A stretch of 63,929 nt of DNA, filler included, from Platydemus manokwari (taxonomy: Eukaryota), in the NCBI GenBank assembly GCA_037951405.1. It is 5 parts of 5 records of this genome, joined end to end, with 100 filler letters (N's around TTAATTAATTAA, not from the genome) between each part and the next. Parts side by side here need not be neighbours in the genome. Positions count along the whole stretch, not along the records: positions 19,221 to 29,563 come from JBBMOY011143104.1; positions 29,664 to 41,005 come from JBBMOY010746648.1; 3 more parts are not named here. One strand, given 5' to 3'. This document shows, in pieces, positions 26,974 through 39,030 of this stretch. The first letter of the stretch is position 1; every line of letters starts with the position of its first letter. Both the position numbers and the translations under genes were made by a program. The notes under the pieces are model-generated. The model ran no database searches and was not told the DNA's origin. It worked only from the letters and a program-made list of their open reading frames with translations.

Positions 26974-27576
26974 TTAATTAATGGAGTCTTCTGAATCGTA
27001 ATTACTGTTTTTATCAGAACAATCAGAATCATAATCATTGATTATCGAACCATCTGAATCACTTGATGAAAAATCTCGAAGATCTTCACCCTCATAATTT
27101 GGACAACGAAGAACAATATCATCATCTTCGAGATATTCATTGCCCCAATAATTTTCATCATTCGAATCTTCATCTGATTCATAAATATGCAAATCATCAT
27201 CTGAGTTATAGTCATCGCGAGACATCAAATCAACAATTTCCTGTTTAATCTGCTCAAGATCTTCTGTGCAATAGTAATCATAAACATATTCTGTCTCTTT
27301 ACCAGATTCTTCCCATTCCATTTGATCATTTTCAGTTTTGCCAACAATATCTTCATAATTAACATCTACAAACTTAGGAGTCTTTTTGATAATTTTGGAT
27401 TGTCTAATTCTTTTTAAAATATCTGGTAAAAGTTTCACATTATTTGAAATAAATCGATAAAATGATGCTTTGGAATCATTTTCATTAATATCTAATTTAA
27501 TTTTTTTAGATTCACAATCAATTTCATCAATTGGCAAAGCATTTCTCTGTCGTTTCAACCTCAAAATGGTAACCAT
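26974..27576 (-). CDS. SLC7A6OS: RNA polymerase II nuclear import factor Iwr1/SLC7A6OS, 200 aa, single coding exon
   Basis: N-terminal ILRLKRQR...P...KKIK, YVYDYY and the Iwr1 signature DEDSNDENYWGNEY, with an acidic tail. The true ATG is at 27576; the ORF track's TTG extension runs through a splice acceptor. Confidence 0.88.
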   Translation of the reverse strand: MVTILRLKRQRNALPIDEIDCESKKIKLDINENDSKASFYRFISNNVKLLPDILKRIRQSKIIKKTPKFVDVNYEDIVGKTENDQMEWEESGKETEYVYDYYCTEDLEQIKQEIVDLMSRDDYNSDDDLHIYESDEDSNDENYWGNEYLEDDDIVLRCPNYEGEDLRDFSSSDSDGSIINDYDSDCSDKNSNYDSEDSIN

Positions 27577-29563
27577 TGTCAAATATTCTGCAAAAATAAA
27601 TAAAAATATAAATATTATTGAAACAAACGGTTTTCGAAATGATAATTTATTAACAAAATGGAAAAACAATTTTCTGCAATTTAGCAATTTTGAATTAATG
27701 CTTTTAATACATATTTTGATCCATTTTAATATTATATATTTTATTTATCAATTTAACAATAAGACATTTAATTAATTACTCGAATCCTAAGTTAAATCGA
27801 TTAAATATTTTAGAATATTAAATATTAGAATATATTTTCTATTTTCTTAAGTAAATTTATTAATTTTTTTATTAAGCAAATATCTAATAAACACCTATTA
27901 AATTATTAATACAATTTTTTAGTTTTAGTTTTTCTTAGAAGGTTAGTTTTGGGAAAATATTTTGAATACATACATGGTGCCAAATATTCTTGAAAATTAG
28001 CGTGCTTGGTTTTTCTTTAAATTCCAAAAATATCTTAAAAGGATAAATTTAAATAATGAAATGGTAAAGTACATTTTCAGAAATTGCTCTTTTTCTTTAA
28101 AATTCACAAAAAGTTTGATTTAGCTCAGTATTTGTATTTATCGAGGATTAGATTACTTTTGATTAATATACAAACGGCAATGTTTATCATATTTAGAAAA
28201 AATAAAAAATTTCTTTATACGTTCCTATAAATAAATTTTGGTGACCATTGATATTATACTTTATTAAATATAAGAAATTGTGCTTAATACAATTACTAGA
28301 TTGTATTTGATGATTAAATTAATATAAAATCTGGATGACAAGAACTAATTATTCAATCATTTATTAGAGTTTTACCACGATTTTTAAGATAACATCAAAA
28401 TTGACAACATCGTTTCTTAGCAAGTGATACGAAACTACATCTCTATAAGCCCGAAATGACTTATTTGAAACATGATATATTTTTAAAAATATTTAAATAA
28501 CTTTTTCGTGTTATTAATTCTTTTATATTATTATCCAATCATCATCAGTCTAATGATCCCCTAACAGCATGACTACAAATAAACTTATAATACATGAAAC
28601 ATTTGTTTTCACTTTTGACATTCATAATGTCATAGTTGCAATGTGGTTTTATATTATTGAAATAATACATGTATTGAGAAATTGACCCAAATGACGACTT
28701 ATAATAACCACACTAAGATTAATAATGTTCCAGAACTATAATAAGTAAGTTCATTTAGATTGTTCATTTATTACCGAAGATATTTTACTAATTTCGTATC
28801 CATTATGAGTTTCCTTCTGTGTATTGTACTGCTTATTTAAAATTATAATTTTATCAAATGCATTTTATTGTCTTACAGTTTTATCTATTGTATTATAACT
28901 TAATTCTTATATTTTAAATATTATCGTATATTTATACAAGAACGATTTTTATCTGCTTAAAGTCCAGATAAAAAAATAAAGATTAAAATCTTTCTGAATC
29001 CAAATTGATAGTAAGTGCCTCTCATAATATTTTTACAAATTGTTAACCACAAGTTATAATGTTATCCTAGCAAATCCTTAACAACAATAGCACATTATAA
29101 TAATACATTGATGAGATAATAAATTATAATCACAATTTATATTATATTTAATCAAGTCTTGATACCTGTAAATAAATATTATTTCATAAAGGCTGTCTTC
29201 AATGTTTCAAGCTAAAAAGGGAAAACACTTGCAAATGATCAAGACTAAATGACGATATAAAATAAATAAAAAAGGAGGAGATACAACACACAGGAAAGGG
29301 TAAATCAGTAGGAATAAACAACGATTCACTTGATTTTGCTATTATATAAAAAAGATAAATACAATCTCAAGAAGAGAGATTCGATCTGATGAAGTTTTAA
29401 ATTGAATTCGGGATTTAATGATTATTAGAAATAATTCAACAATAATTTTTCGATGAAGTTATACAGTAAATTAGTATGACAAGTTAGAAGAGATATTTGA
29501 TGCTTCCACCAAAGATATGACTCCTAGCAAAATAGTAATATGCGTCTATTATAGTATGAATAT

Positions 29564-29663
29564 NNNNNNNNNNNNNNNNNNNNNNNNNNNNNNNNNNNNN
29601 NNNNNNNTTAATTAATTAANNNNNNNNNNNNNNNNNNNNNNNNNNNNNNNNNNNNNNNNNNNN
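29564..29663. other. Artificial contig spacer
   Basis: 44N-TTAATTAATTAA(29608-29619)-44N. Confidence 0.97.

Positions 29664-29735
<72 letters not shown>
29664..29735. repeat. (TTA)n microsatellite at contig start
   Basis: Perfect trinucleotide run that decays rightwards to ~29810. Confidence 0.97.
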
Positions 29736-29736
<1 letters not shown>

Positions 29737-31532
29737 CATTTATTTTGTTATTATTTATCATTCACTCTTATTATTATTACTGTTATCACTGTTTTCATTA
29801 TTTGTTATTATTGTAACAACTATTTCTGTCGTCATCATGTTAATTTTATTAAGAACGAGGCAATATCGCTCACTTGTTACATGTAATAAGATATCATCAT
29901 CGCCTTGGCGATAACATAACTTGTATGCAATTTTCCTTTGTTTCGTGTGACGATCGGCTTCTAAAACGGAGTGTGTCTCACCTCTATTTGACTGCCAGGA
30001 GGTGATATTCACAGAGATGCGTGCGAGATGGAAATAAATTTAGGAGTCAGGTGTTTTGCCCTTGTGCCATAAAGCTACGGAAAAACCTATGCAGTGATGC
30101 GAGTATAGTTTATTATCGATTCCCATAACTCTATTGCCTATTCAATGCCACAGGGGAATCATATAGAAAAAGTGATTCTCTACTAGGAGACATTTATTAA
30201 TCGATAATTTATTCAGCCCAGCGATGCCGATCAATAATTATTTGTTTACGACTTCACACATTAAAGTGAATATAGATTTTCTCGTTGGCCTTCAACAAGA
30301 TTACCAATTCAAGATGAGGTGTTGAATAAGAGTTTCGAATTTCAATTTTTCAAAGCTAAAAGTGCTTGCTTTTAATCCAGACTACAAATCTATAAATATA
30401 TGATCGTAAAATATTTAAAAATAAAAAAATAATAATCTTAATAATAATATTAAAATATAATACTAGTATGAAATATATATGAATAAAGATAATTTTAATA
30501 TTAACGGCAAAAAATAATAATTAATATGAATATAATAATAAAATATTTATTATGAATCTATTGATCATCATTTTGCGAGAAATCACCAATAAAATATTGG
30601 AATATTTCCATAAAAGTCTGTAATAAATAAATCAGTTGATGGATGCGCTGTGAAACAATTTGAGAGATATCGACAAATGATGCAATTCAATGCATTTCCG
30701 ACGGCCTCATTTTACAGGAAGTTGCTATGGTTTTTCGCACTGACTCTGTGAACATTAAGAGACCCAACTGCAATGAAGCAACATTTGGTGAAAGTAATTG
30801 TTTCAATAAATTAAAATAATTATTTTATCACTCCATCAGAGAAATGAGATAAATATTTTCTATTGTTCACGTATCTGAAGTGATTTGTATTTTAAGTTTG
30901 ATTTTCATCAAATATGATATCAATGGCTTTGTTTGAGTGGATAGTTAGATGATGAATTAGGCGACTTGAATTCATTATTATTTTTTGTGAATTTCTGATA
31001 TTAATTTGGATTCTCGACAACCCATGATCACCTTTTATTCATGATATCATTAATGATTTGTTTTATATAATAATATATAACTAAAAATTATATATTATCG
31101 ATAATAAATAATTATATTACTTATATATATGAGTGTGGGTAAATGACGTAGCTATTAATATTTCATTTCTTTTGTGAATTTTTATAAAACAAAAATAAGC
31201 TTTACCATTATTGAATATCATTGGTTTCCATGTAGTAATCTGTCTACTTGATTTATGCTACAGGTGGGAATGATTTTGTTAACTAAATTGTTTGGGTGCT
31301 GTTTTGACTGTCGTTAAGATGTGAGTGGATATTGGTATATCTGGAGAATGGAGGCCTTTACTATTATGAAGATTTAGATGTCCACGATTATGGGTAATAA
31401 ACTTCCCACGGATTATAATAATCTGAATAAAATCTAATTACACAAATATTGATAATCGAGATAGTCATACATTAAAGTACGGGTTGTGCATCCTTCTTTC
31501 CTTCGATCGTTCCATGAAACACAGTATTTTTC

Positions 31533-31812
31533 CTATTCCCTCCATTGCAGATAGCTCGCATTTATTTTTGACTTTATGCTTGAAAGAGCTATTTTGTTTA
31601 TCATTTTCTTATCCATCCCTTTTTTCTTTAGGAGTGTGTCGTTGGCCTGTGTTTGCCAAGTTCCGAGAACAACTACATCATAAGTGAGCAGTTTCAAAGT
31701 CCGGTTGGGTCGTTTTCTTTTAACCACATTTCAAAGGTCTGAGTATTTTTCAACATTCTTTTGATAACTTTCGACCATTAGTGCAGCTTTGTCCATGGAT
31801 CTTTTTACATGA
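31533..31812 (-). pseudogene. C-terminal restriction-like endonuclease (RLE) fragment of an R2/NeSL/R4-group non-LTR retrotransposon
   Basis: Reads HVKRSMDKAALMVESYQKNVEKYSDL*NVVKRK...TYDVVVLGTWQTQANDTLLKKKGM...KIALSSI...ASYLQW. This resembles the KxxKYxxL and (V/I)GxLG(S/T)W...N..L..LG motifs of RLE ends. Confidence 0.55.
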
Positions 31813-31869
31813 TTGTAGATTTTCGATCATTTATTAGTTAAAGATTCATCCTTAGTTTGCATTCCATGA

Positions 31870-32012
31870 TTGATTTTCATTCAGTTCATGTGGAACCAAC
31901 TTGTTCAACTTTTTCACTTCACACCTAACCTCAAAAATAATTCATATTGACTTTGAGATGAGTTAGAATCAACGATAAACTTCAGTTCATCATTTTTATT
32001 GATTCTCGGTCA
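31870..32012 (-). pseudogene. Short mariner transposase fragment (HTH2 plus WVPHEL linker)
   Basis: Reads PRINKNDELKFIVDSNSSQSQYELFLRLGV and, after a deletion or frameshift, VKKLNKLVPHELNENQ (cf. VKKLDKWVPHELNENQ). Confidence 0.75.
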
Positions 32013-34516
32013 TGTTAAATAGTGTGCGTGTCGTATTTGTGAAATTAGTTGTACAAAAATATAATTAACAATTTGACATTGGAATCAAACATAATATCAT
32101 TGTTTCGAGTGATCTGCAATGCTGTAATTCAAACTTTATAATAGCGCTAATTTCCTTTTTCAACACAATTAATTTTTAAGAAGTTTTTAATAATTTTTAG
32201 AGCATAAAATGATAACTTTAAACAGGAGATATATGTGAAATTTCTTCAATTTTTTTATTTGTTTTATATATTATCCGGCCTGGAATGTTTTTCTATCAAC
32301 TCAGCTGGGATTAAATTAAGATCTTATAATAATTTTAACCACAATATATGAAATATTGAATTATTTCATTTAATGGTGGCTAATTTGTTTTAAACTGTTT
32401 TACAAACTAATACCCATTGCTGGTAATTTCTTCAGACTTACCTGTCTCCGAGCGGCTATCATTGACCTGGAAACACTCACATTTGTAGAAATTTTTTGAT
32501 TCATAATACACACGATATAGGAAATATTTGATTTTTAACGACATTACCCTTTCAATAAACATTTATATTCCTTTCCAATCACTATATGTTTATCCTCCTC
32601 TTTGCGTCTCGCTACATTCTCGGATTATTTCATATAGAGAATCATCTATTTGATGATTTTGATTCTTTATAAAGTCTTGATTCCTTTCAAAATGCCAACT
32701 TTACAGCGAACGTTAAGTTAAACTTTGTCGGTGAATTGATTTTACTTCTCCCATAGAAAATGTCTTATTTTCAGTTTGATGATTAGCCAAAGATTATAAA
32801 AAAAGTGATTTGATTTAATAAAGAACCAAACCAATTAATCTAATGATTGTCAAATCAAAATAAGTTGTGAAATTCTAATAGTTTATGGAATGATAAATCA
32901 AAATAATCATTCATGCATGACAAGAGATACCAAGGGCATTTAGTTGACAAGAAAGCAGAACATCAATTATTGGTTATGGGACATTATTTGGTGAAAATCA
33001 ATTCAATAAAGGGGACAGGAGGAAAAAAATTTGTATCAAATGTAACAGGACCCCAATTTCAAACATATGTTCTACACAATTTATTGCCACGTTTCATTAA
33101 TTTTATCCTTGCTGATTCCTGCCAATGCCAGATTCATTAAATTGAAGATACTCGCATGTCCGCATATTGGTGTCAGATGAATAGATTGATAAGAAATCAT
33201 CAAACGCAACTTTCACTCTTTCTCCCTTTCTCGTACGCAATTGTCAAATGGGATATAACACGATTGAACGATGAATGATTGATGTACAGTTTGATGGCTG
33301 CCATTGGAACAGTGGTCGTTATGCGATGTTAATTAAATTATTTAATCTCGCTTGAATTTTGGCGAGATATATCGGTCACGATAATTGATTAATTGATGGT
33401 ATTGAGGAGGTTCAAATTTGTTATTCCGATCCGCATTTATTTTTGGCTTTTTTTTCAAATTTTTCATTAACTTTTCTTTTTAAATTCAAATTTTTAAGAT
33501 ATTCTTGAGATGAGTCCAAAAAAATCTCAACATTTCTGGATTAGGAATTGAGAAATGGAAGAAGTTTAGCACAGACATAAATTATCATACTGGGACTCTT
33601 TAACCAATTTTAGTTGTTTTAAACACACCTCGAGTACATATTACGAGGAATATTTGGAAGGTAACTTTTATATCGAAAAAATATTTTCAATTTGGTCTTT
33701 AAAGATAACTTTGTTTTACTAAATGTGCACAATTCGATGACGCCCACCTCTCTCCAATTTTTTGAATAAGTAATTATAACATGGAAAAGATTAATATTAA
33801 GTGTTGTTCCAAAGAAAATGAAGACGTATTCAATAAATCAATGGGTAATTATAAAATGATCCAAATGGTTACCGATAAATTTATTTGAACGATCAATTCC
33901 AGTTAACCATGAATCTCTCCACCCCTCCACAAAAACAATCTCTCAAAGTAAAACGCCACTGAAACAAAATCAAAGATATCCATGAAACGACTGGGCTTGC
34001 CGTTCCAGGAAAAAATATCGAAATTAGCGATATAAAAATATTTTCTCCAACGCTCCCCAATTGTTTAGTCGACTAACAACTAAAGGGCGATTACAAAAAC
34101 TAGAAATTCTTTTATTTGATAGAACCAATGCCTACTGACACCACAACACAAAGCAGACATACTTGCAACACTGACAATTCTCTATCCCTTCTCCAGATAT
34201 TTTTCTACACTGCATTACATTGTATCGAAAAATGCACACTCACTCACACCGAGACACGACTACAAATACACACAGACACTAACAGGTAATTTATTACTTT
34301 TCCCTGTTACGAAATTGCATGTTTCCATTCAGTCAGTTTTTATACAGCATGATTGAAAAATAATCCGCCAGATTATCTCAAGGTTAATATTTTATTATTA
34401 ATATATATAATGATAATAGTATAATTGAATTATTCTGTTATTGATTAATTAATTATGATTAATCAATACATTTCATAGTTTCAGATCTCCAATGCTATTA
34501 ATATGCTCAATGTTTG

Positions 34517-35542
34517 ATGATGAATTGTTTCTATTTGGATATCATTTTCTTCTTCATTATCGCCAGTGCGAGAATCTCGTCGAAACTAATCCACTTTTCC
34601 TATCGGTCTCGATTTGAAGTGTGTGAATTTCCGTCGATTTATCGTGATAGATTGATCAAACAATGCCAACTGAGTCGTTCTGGTTATTGGTGGTGTTTTA
34701 AAGACGAAAATCTCGACGTTCATAATCAAAAAACGATTTGTCCCAACACTTCTATGACATTCGCCGGCAACGATCCCGGTAAATTCTGTAGCATTCCATT
34801 TCAATACAAGGGCAAATTGTATTATGCTTGCATTCGATCGTTTGACGAAATGAATTATAAAGTCTATTGGTGGTGTTCGACGACTCCAAATTACGATGCG
34901 GATTACAAACATCGTTGGACTCGTTGCAATGAAAACAGTAATCAATTGCCATGTTATTTCTCCAATGCATCCGATTCATTGGCGACGGGTATCAATTCTG
35001 AATGTCGACTGTTTCATAACAAGTGGGTTTGTAATACAGAACGGAAGGAAATCCGTGAATGTCCGAAAACCGAATCGACATTTGGTGGAAATAGTCCAGG
35101 AGAACAATGTCATTTCCCATTTCTGTTCGGTCAGTCCGAATATCGGAGTTGCATTTCGGCTAAACGAACCGACAATCTTTCTCCGTATCGAGATTCGAGC
35201 GAATTCGAATCGTATTTATGGTGCGCTACAACGTCGAATTATAATATTGATAGAAAATGGACCAAATGTATTGGTGAGGAATCCGTATTACGTTGGAGTG
35301 ATAAAAGAGTATTGATTCCAGTATTGATCGTACTTGGCAGTCTGGGATTAGTTTTGATATTAGCCGCTGTGCTTTACTTTTTCTGTGAAGGAGCAGCAAG
35401 AGGAGGCGCCAGACAGAACAAACGTGACATTTGGAATCACAATCCATACATATCTCAACCGGCTATGAGCAATTATCATGTCACGCCCTCTGCTCCGCCA
35501 TCGTATCTCGAAGCTGTCATGACTCTAACGAATGAGACTTGA
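34517..35542 (+). CDS. Type-I membrane protein with 2 canonical and 2 divergent fibronectin type-II modules and a cytoplasmic PSAP/PPxY motif
   Basis: Hydrophobic signal peptide. Canonical FN2 modules GNDPGKFCSIPFQYKGKLYYAC...WWCSTTPNYD...WTRC and GGNSPGEQCHFPFLF...YRSC...LWCATTSNYNIDRKWTKC. TM segment VLIPVLIVLGSLGLVLILAAVLYFF and tail TPSAPPSYLEAV. A 5'UTR intron is likely at 34286-34484. Confidence 0.9.
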   Translation: MMNCFYLDIIFFFIIASARISSKLIHFSYRSRFEVCEFPSIYRDRLIKQCQLSRSGYWWCFKDENLDVHNQKTICPNTSMTFAGNDPGKFCSIPFQYKGKLYYACIRSFDEMNYKVYWWCSTTPNYDADYKHRWTRCNENSNQLPCYFSNASDSLATGINSECRLFHNKWVCNTERKEIRECPKTESTFGGNSPGEQCHFPFLFGQSEYRSCISAKRTDNLSPYRDSSEFESYLWCATTSNYNIDRKWTKCIGEESVLRWSDKRVLIPVLIVLGSLGLVLILAAVLYFFCEGAARGGARQNKRDIWNHNPYISQPAMSNYHVTPSAPPSYLEAVMTLTNET

Positions 35543-36811
35543 TCAATAATTCGAAAATCAACATGAATCAAAATCATGGATAATTATCTATTTTTATTAA
35601 CTCTTTTGTACGGAAAATTGCACTTTTATTTTTGCCATTACCCGCTCGCATTTTGGCACTCGCTCAACCGTGAAAATCGTCCCGTAAACCGCTGATCGAT
35701 TGCGTTGGATTGATATTTCCAATCAAAAATTCAGATATTAGGGCGATTATTTTTAACTTGTAATAAAATTAGTTTCTCATATTTAGAAGAGATCTGTGTA
35801 AATATGATAATGATTTATATTTGTATATTTCTATAATGGTTTGTTATCTGTGTGATCGGCATGGCCGTATTAGTGACGAAATCGATAAAGTATTAGTTAT
35901 TTGAAATTGTTGTCTTTGATAATTCTGTGAATATGTTGGCATGATGGAATAATTAATAGATTTATTATTGATTTCTATTCTAATTATGACAATCTATCTC
36001 TCCATGCATGTGCAATTGCCGACCAGTTGTATTTGTTTTCGTTTTGGGTTTTTTTTTCAAAAATTCTTTTCCCATATTTGTGATAATAAACTCGTTTTCC
36101 GTATCTTTTAATCCTCAAAATCTCGTTGTCATATTTCTCATTTCAACATTTGATGCTTTGCCCTCAGTAGAAGAGATTATTTCAAACAAAAATCTCTCTC
36201 TCTCTCTCGAATATTGATCGCAATTGTTTTTCATGATTTAATTAAGCAGATAATAATTCTTTTAACGAAATACTTTTTGTTATTCTCTCACATATAAAAC
36301 AGTTTGTTTTATATTTTCCAATATTTCGAATTACAACTTGCCCGATAATTGTAACACTGACAACAGTGAAAATTTGCAGTTCCCTCGGCAACAGGTCATG
36401 CTAGGTTGATGGTGTGCCCAACAGAAGAAGTAATTTTATATGTTGCTTAGCTAATGAGCAGGTTATCGATACAACAACCAGTGTTTCTGTTTTTGTTTTC
36501 AATTTCATGGATAAAAACTATACCCATATATAAATGCATATTAATGGATAAAAATTGTAGAAGGGAATAAGAATTTACATTATATCGATTAATGACGATC
36601 TCGAGGGAAATTTTCCATTAAATGATGACTTTCTTTTTGAAGAAATCTCTCTTATCCTCAATGAATAATTCGATATATAATAGATAAATACATTCTCTGA
36701 AATTACGAACACATTAAACGAAATAAGTAGTATTAGGATAAATAATTCATAGAAATGGTATGGGATATAGATGTATAAAATGAAATGGTTGACTTTGTAA
36801 TAAAAATTAAA

Positions 36812-36963
36812 NNNNNNNNNNNNNNNNNNNNNNNNNNNNNNNNNNNNNNNNNNNNNNNNNNNNNNNNNNNNNNNNNNNNNNNNNNNNNNNNNNNNNNNNN
36901 NNNNNNNNNNNNNNNNNNNNNNNNNNNNNNNNNNNNNNNNNNNNNNNNNNNNNNNNNNNNNNN
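36812..36963. other. Ordinary scaffold gap (152 N, no linker)
   Basis: N run without TTAATTAATTAA. Confidence 0.95.
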
Positions 36964-38859
36964 NGATGGATTAATTATGGTTCACTAGAGGATTGATCTA
37001 CAACAATAATTAACAAAGATACTCATTGATTATTATATCAGCAGTTGGTAACAGTAAATATTTTGTTGATAACAATCCATAGAAAATTACGCTGTCAGTT
37101 GTTTAATAACACGAACATAATAAATACGAATATGAGGTCATTTCTGTTTTACAACAACAACAATAATGATTATATAATTATAAAGGGATAAAATGCTAAC
37201 CAATACTTATGAAAGGAACTAATGTCAACCAACTCTAGTCTTGATAATGATATGTTGAGAAGGCTTAATTTACAAAGAAGACAGGTATTCGACTTGTGTT
37301 GAACACTGTCTGATAATTTATCAGTCACATGATCCAATTACACTTCATTTCGTCAATAAAGTATTGATTTAATGTGCTGTCATCAGTTTACTTGAAATCA
37401 GAATATCTGCAAATTTTTCCAAATAATAGAAATTTCATTGTAGAAAAAATAGCCAGAATTTTTGGTTATTCTCGTCGATTTTTCGACTAATTTTACTGAT
37501 ATTGTTTATCTACTTAATATTTCCATGGATAAAGGACAGCTGGACAGATGAATATCGGTATGGTGTGTTTATTTGGTTATTTAGGGTTGATTGGAATTTT
37601 TATAAAGGATAAACAATTAAGCGTAGATTTATATGTGACTGAAAACAATCATATGTGATTAAACGTTTCTGTAAGGTTTGTATTGATTTCATTATCGATT
37701 GAAGCTGGGTTTATTGATTTCGATACTCGTTGAGTTTATATGCTCTATCAGATTAAATGAATTTTAATAAATTAGGTACAGGAAAAATAATAATATCAAT
37801 GGAAATAATAATAATTGTAATAACAATAAATTAGTAATAATATTTTAATATCAATATATTTTTATAATTATTATAATATTATATTATATTTTTATAATTA
37901 TTATAATAATTATAATAACAATAAATTAGTAATAATATTTTAATATCAATATTTAATATCAATTATTATAAATACATGTCATGAATTCTCAATCAGTCGA
38001 TCAATAATAATTTTATAAATTCAATATAAGTTTCGATTTAAACAAAAAATATTAACGAATTAAAAAAATTCTTTTAAAAATGATGGGTATGGTTTTAATG
38101 GTGATTTCGAACACAATCGATTATTGATTGAGAAATTTGATGGGCAATGATTATTAGAAACAGTCTGTGAAACAATAGAAATGATATTTAAAGACAATGG
38201 CAAGAGTCAATACAACCATTAACATATATCTATCATAGGAAATAGTCGATTAGCATAACAGGTGAAGTACAAAATATATTCAATACTATTAGCATTGTAA
38301 AGGGATGAAGTAAACAAAACTTTAACTGGCATAGAGGAACTAATAAATTAGAAAGGAACTAAAACATGAAGTGAAACAATACAATTTATGTTTCTCTCTT
38401 TGTAGGCTTATGACTCTATCTCTTTAATAGCTTTATATTGACATTTATCTCTCATATATAAAACAACAATAAGATTAGAGTCAATTTATCCGATAAAATA
38501 TAACATTATTTATATTTTTATATTTTTGATATCCGCTCATCAATTCATTACGATCTGTTGTCACACTGTTGATATTGTCTTTCCTAATCGCTTATTATCT
38601 TTCATAGAACATGGAAACATCCAGCCAGATCTGTCATTCGTATTTCTAATTTTCCCGCCTGTTAGTCTTGGTTTTTATTATTTATCTCGGTTTTATTCAC
38701 AAAAACAATTTATTTTTAATTGTGTATTATATGATAGCGGTGAGTTGCAAATGAAACAATATGTTTCGATAACCAGGAAATAATGAATCAGAAAATCAAA
38801 ACAGAAAATCATTCAACAATTCGATTGACTTAACTTTGAGATGGTTTAGAAATCCTCTC

Positions 38860-39030
38860 TAACAATGATTTACATTTATGCCATTTGGGCTAATAAAATT
38901 GCACATGATTAAGATCTTAAAGGTGGAACTTAAATTATTACAGAGAGAATTCCCTTCAATAAAACCGTTGGATGTAAAGATTATGATCGCTCAATGGTTG
39001 GGTATAGCCTTAATAATGAATGGCATTCAT
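38860..39030 (+). pseudogene. Possible RTE-like LINE C-terminal remnant
   Basis: IWANKIAHD and FPSIKPLDVKIMIAQWLGIALIMNG weakly recall the W..(K/H)I.N.EVL and RWxGHxxRM motifs of RTE ORF ends. Confidence 0.25.

Noticed and set aside
27577-27687. 37-aa hydrophobic N-terminal extension of Iwr1 in the ORF track
   Set aside because: It starts at TTG and translates a polypyrimidine tract and acceptor. Family homology starts at MVTILRLKR.
32436-32445. ACTTACCTG as the 5' end of U1 snRNA
   Set aside because: No U1 stem-loops or Sm site follow. It is better explained as the reverse complement of a CAG|GTAAGT donor.
34586-35447. Overlapping and antisense ORFs within the FN2 gene (likewise within TM9SF1, Iwr1 and p53)
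   Set aside because: Shadow frames of GC-richer coding DNA with no recognisable motifs.
33993-36400. p53 response elements around the FN2 gene (GGGCTTGCCG, CAACTTGCCC, GGTCATGCTA)
   Set aside because: Only isolated, imperfect half-sites that are expected by chance. The gene is also on a different contig from p53.
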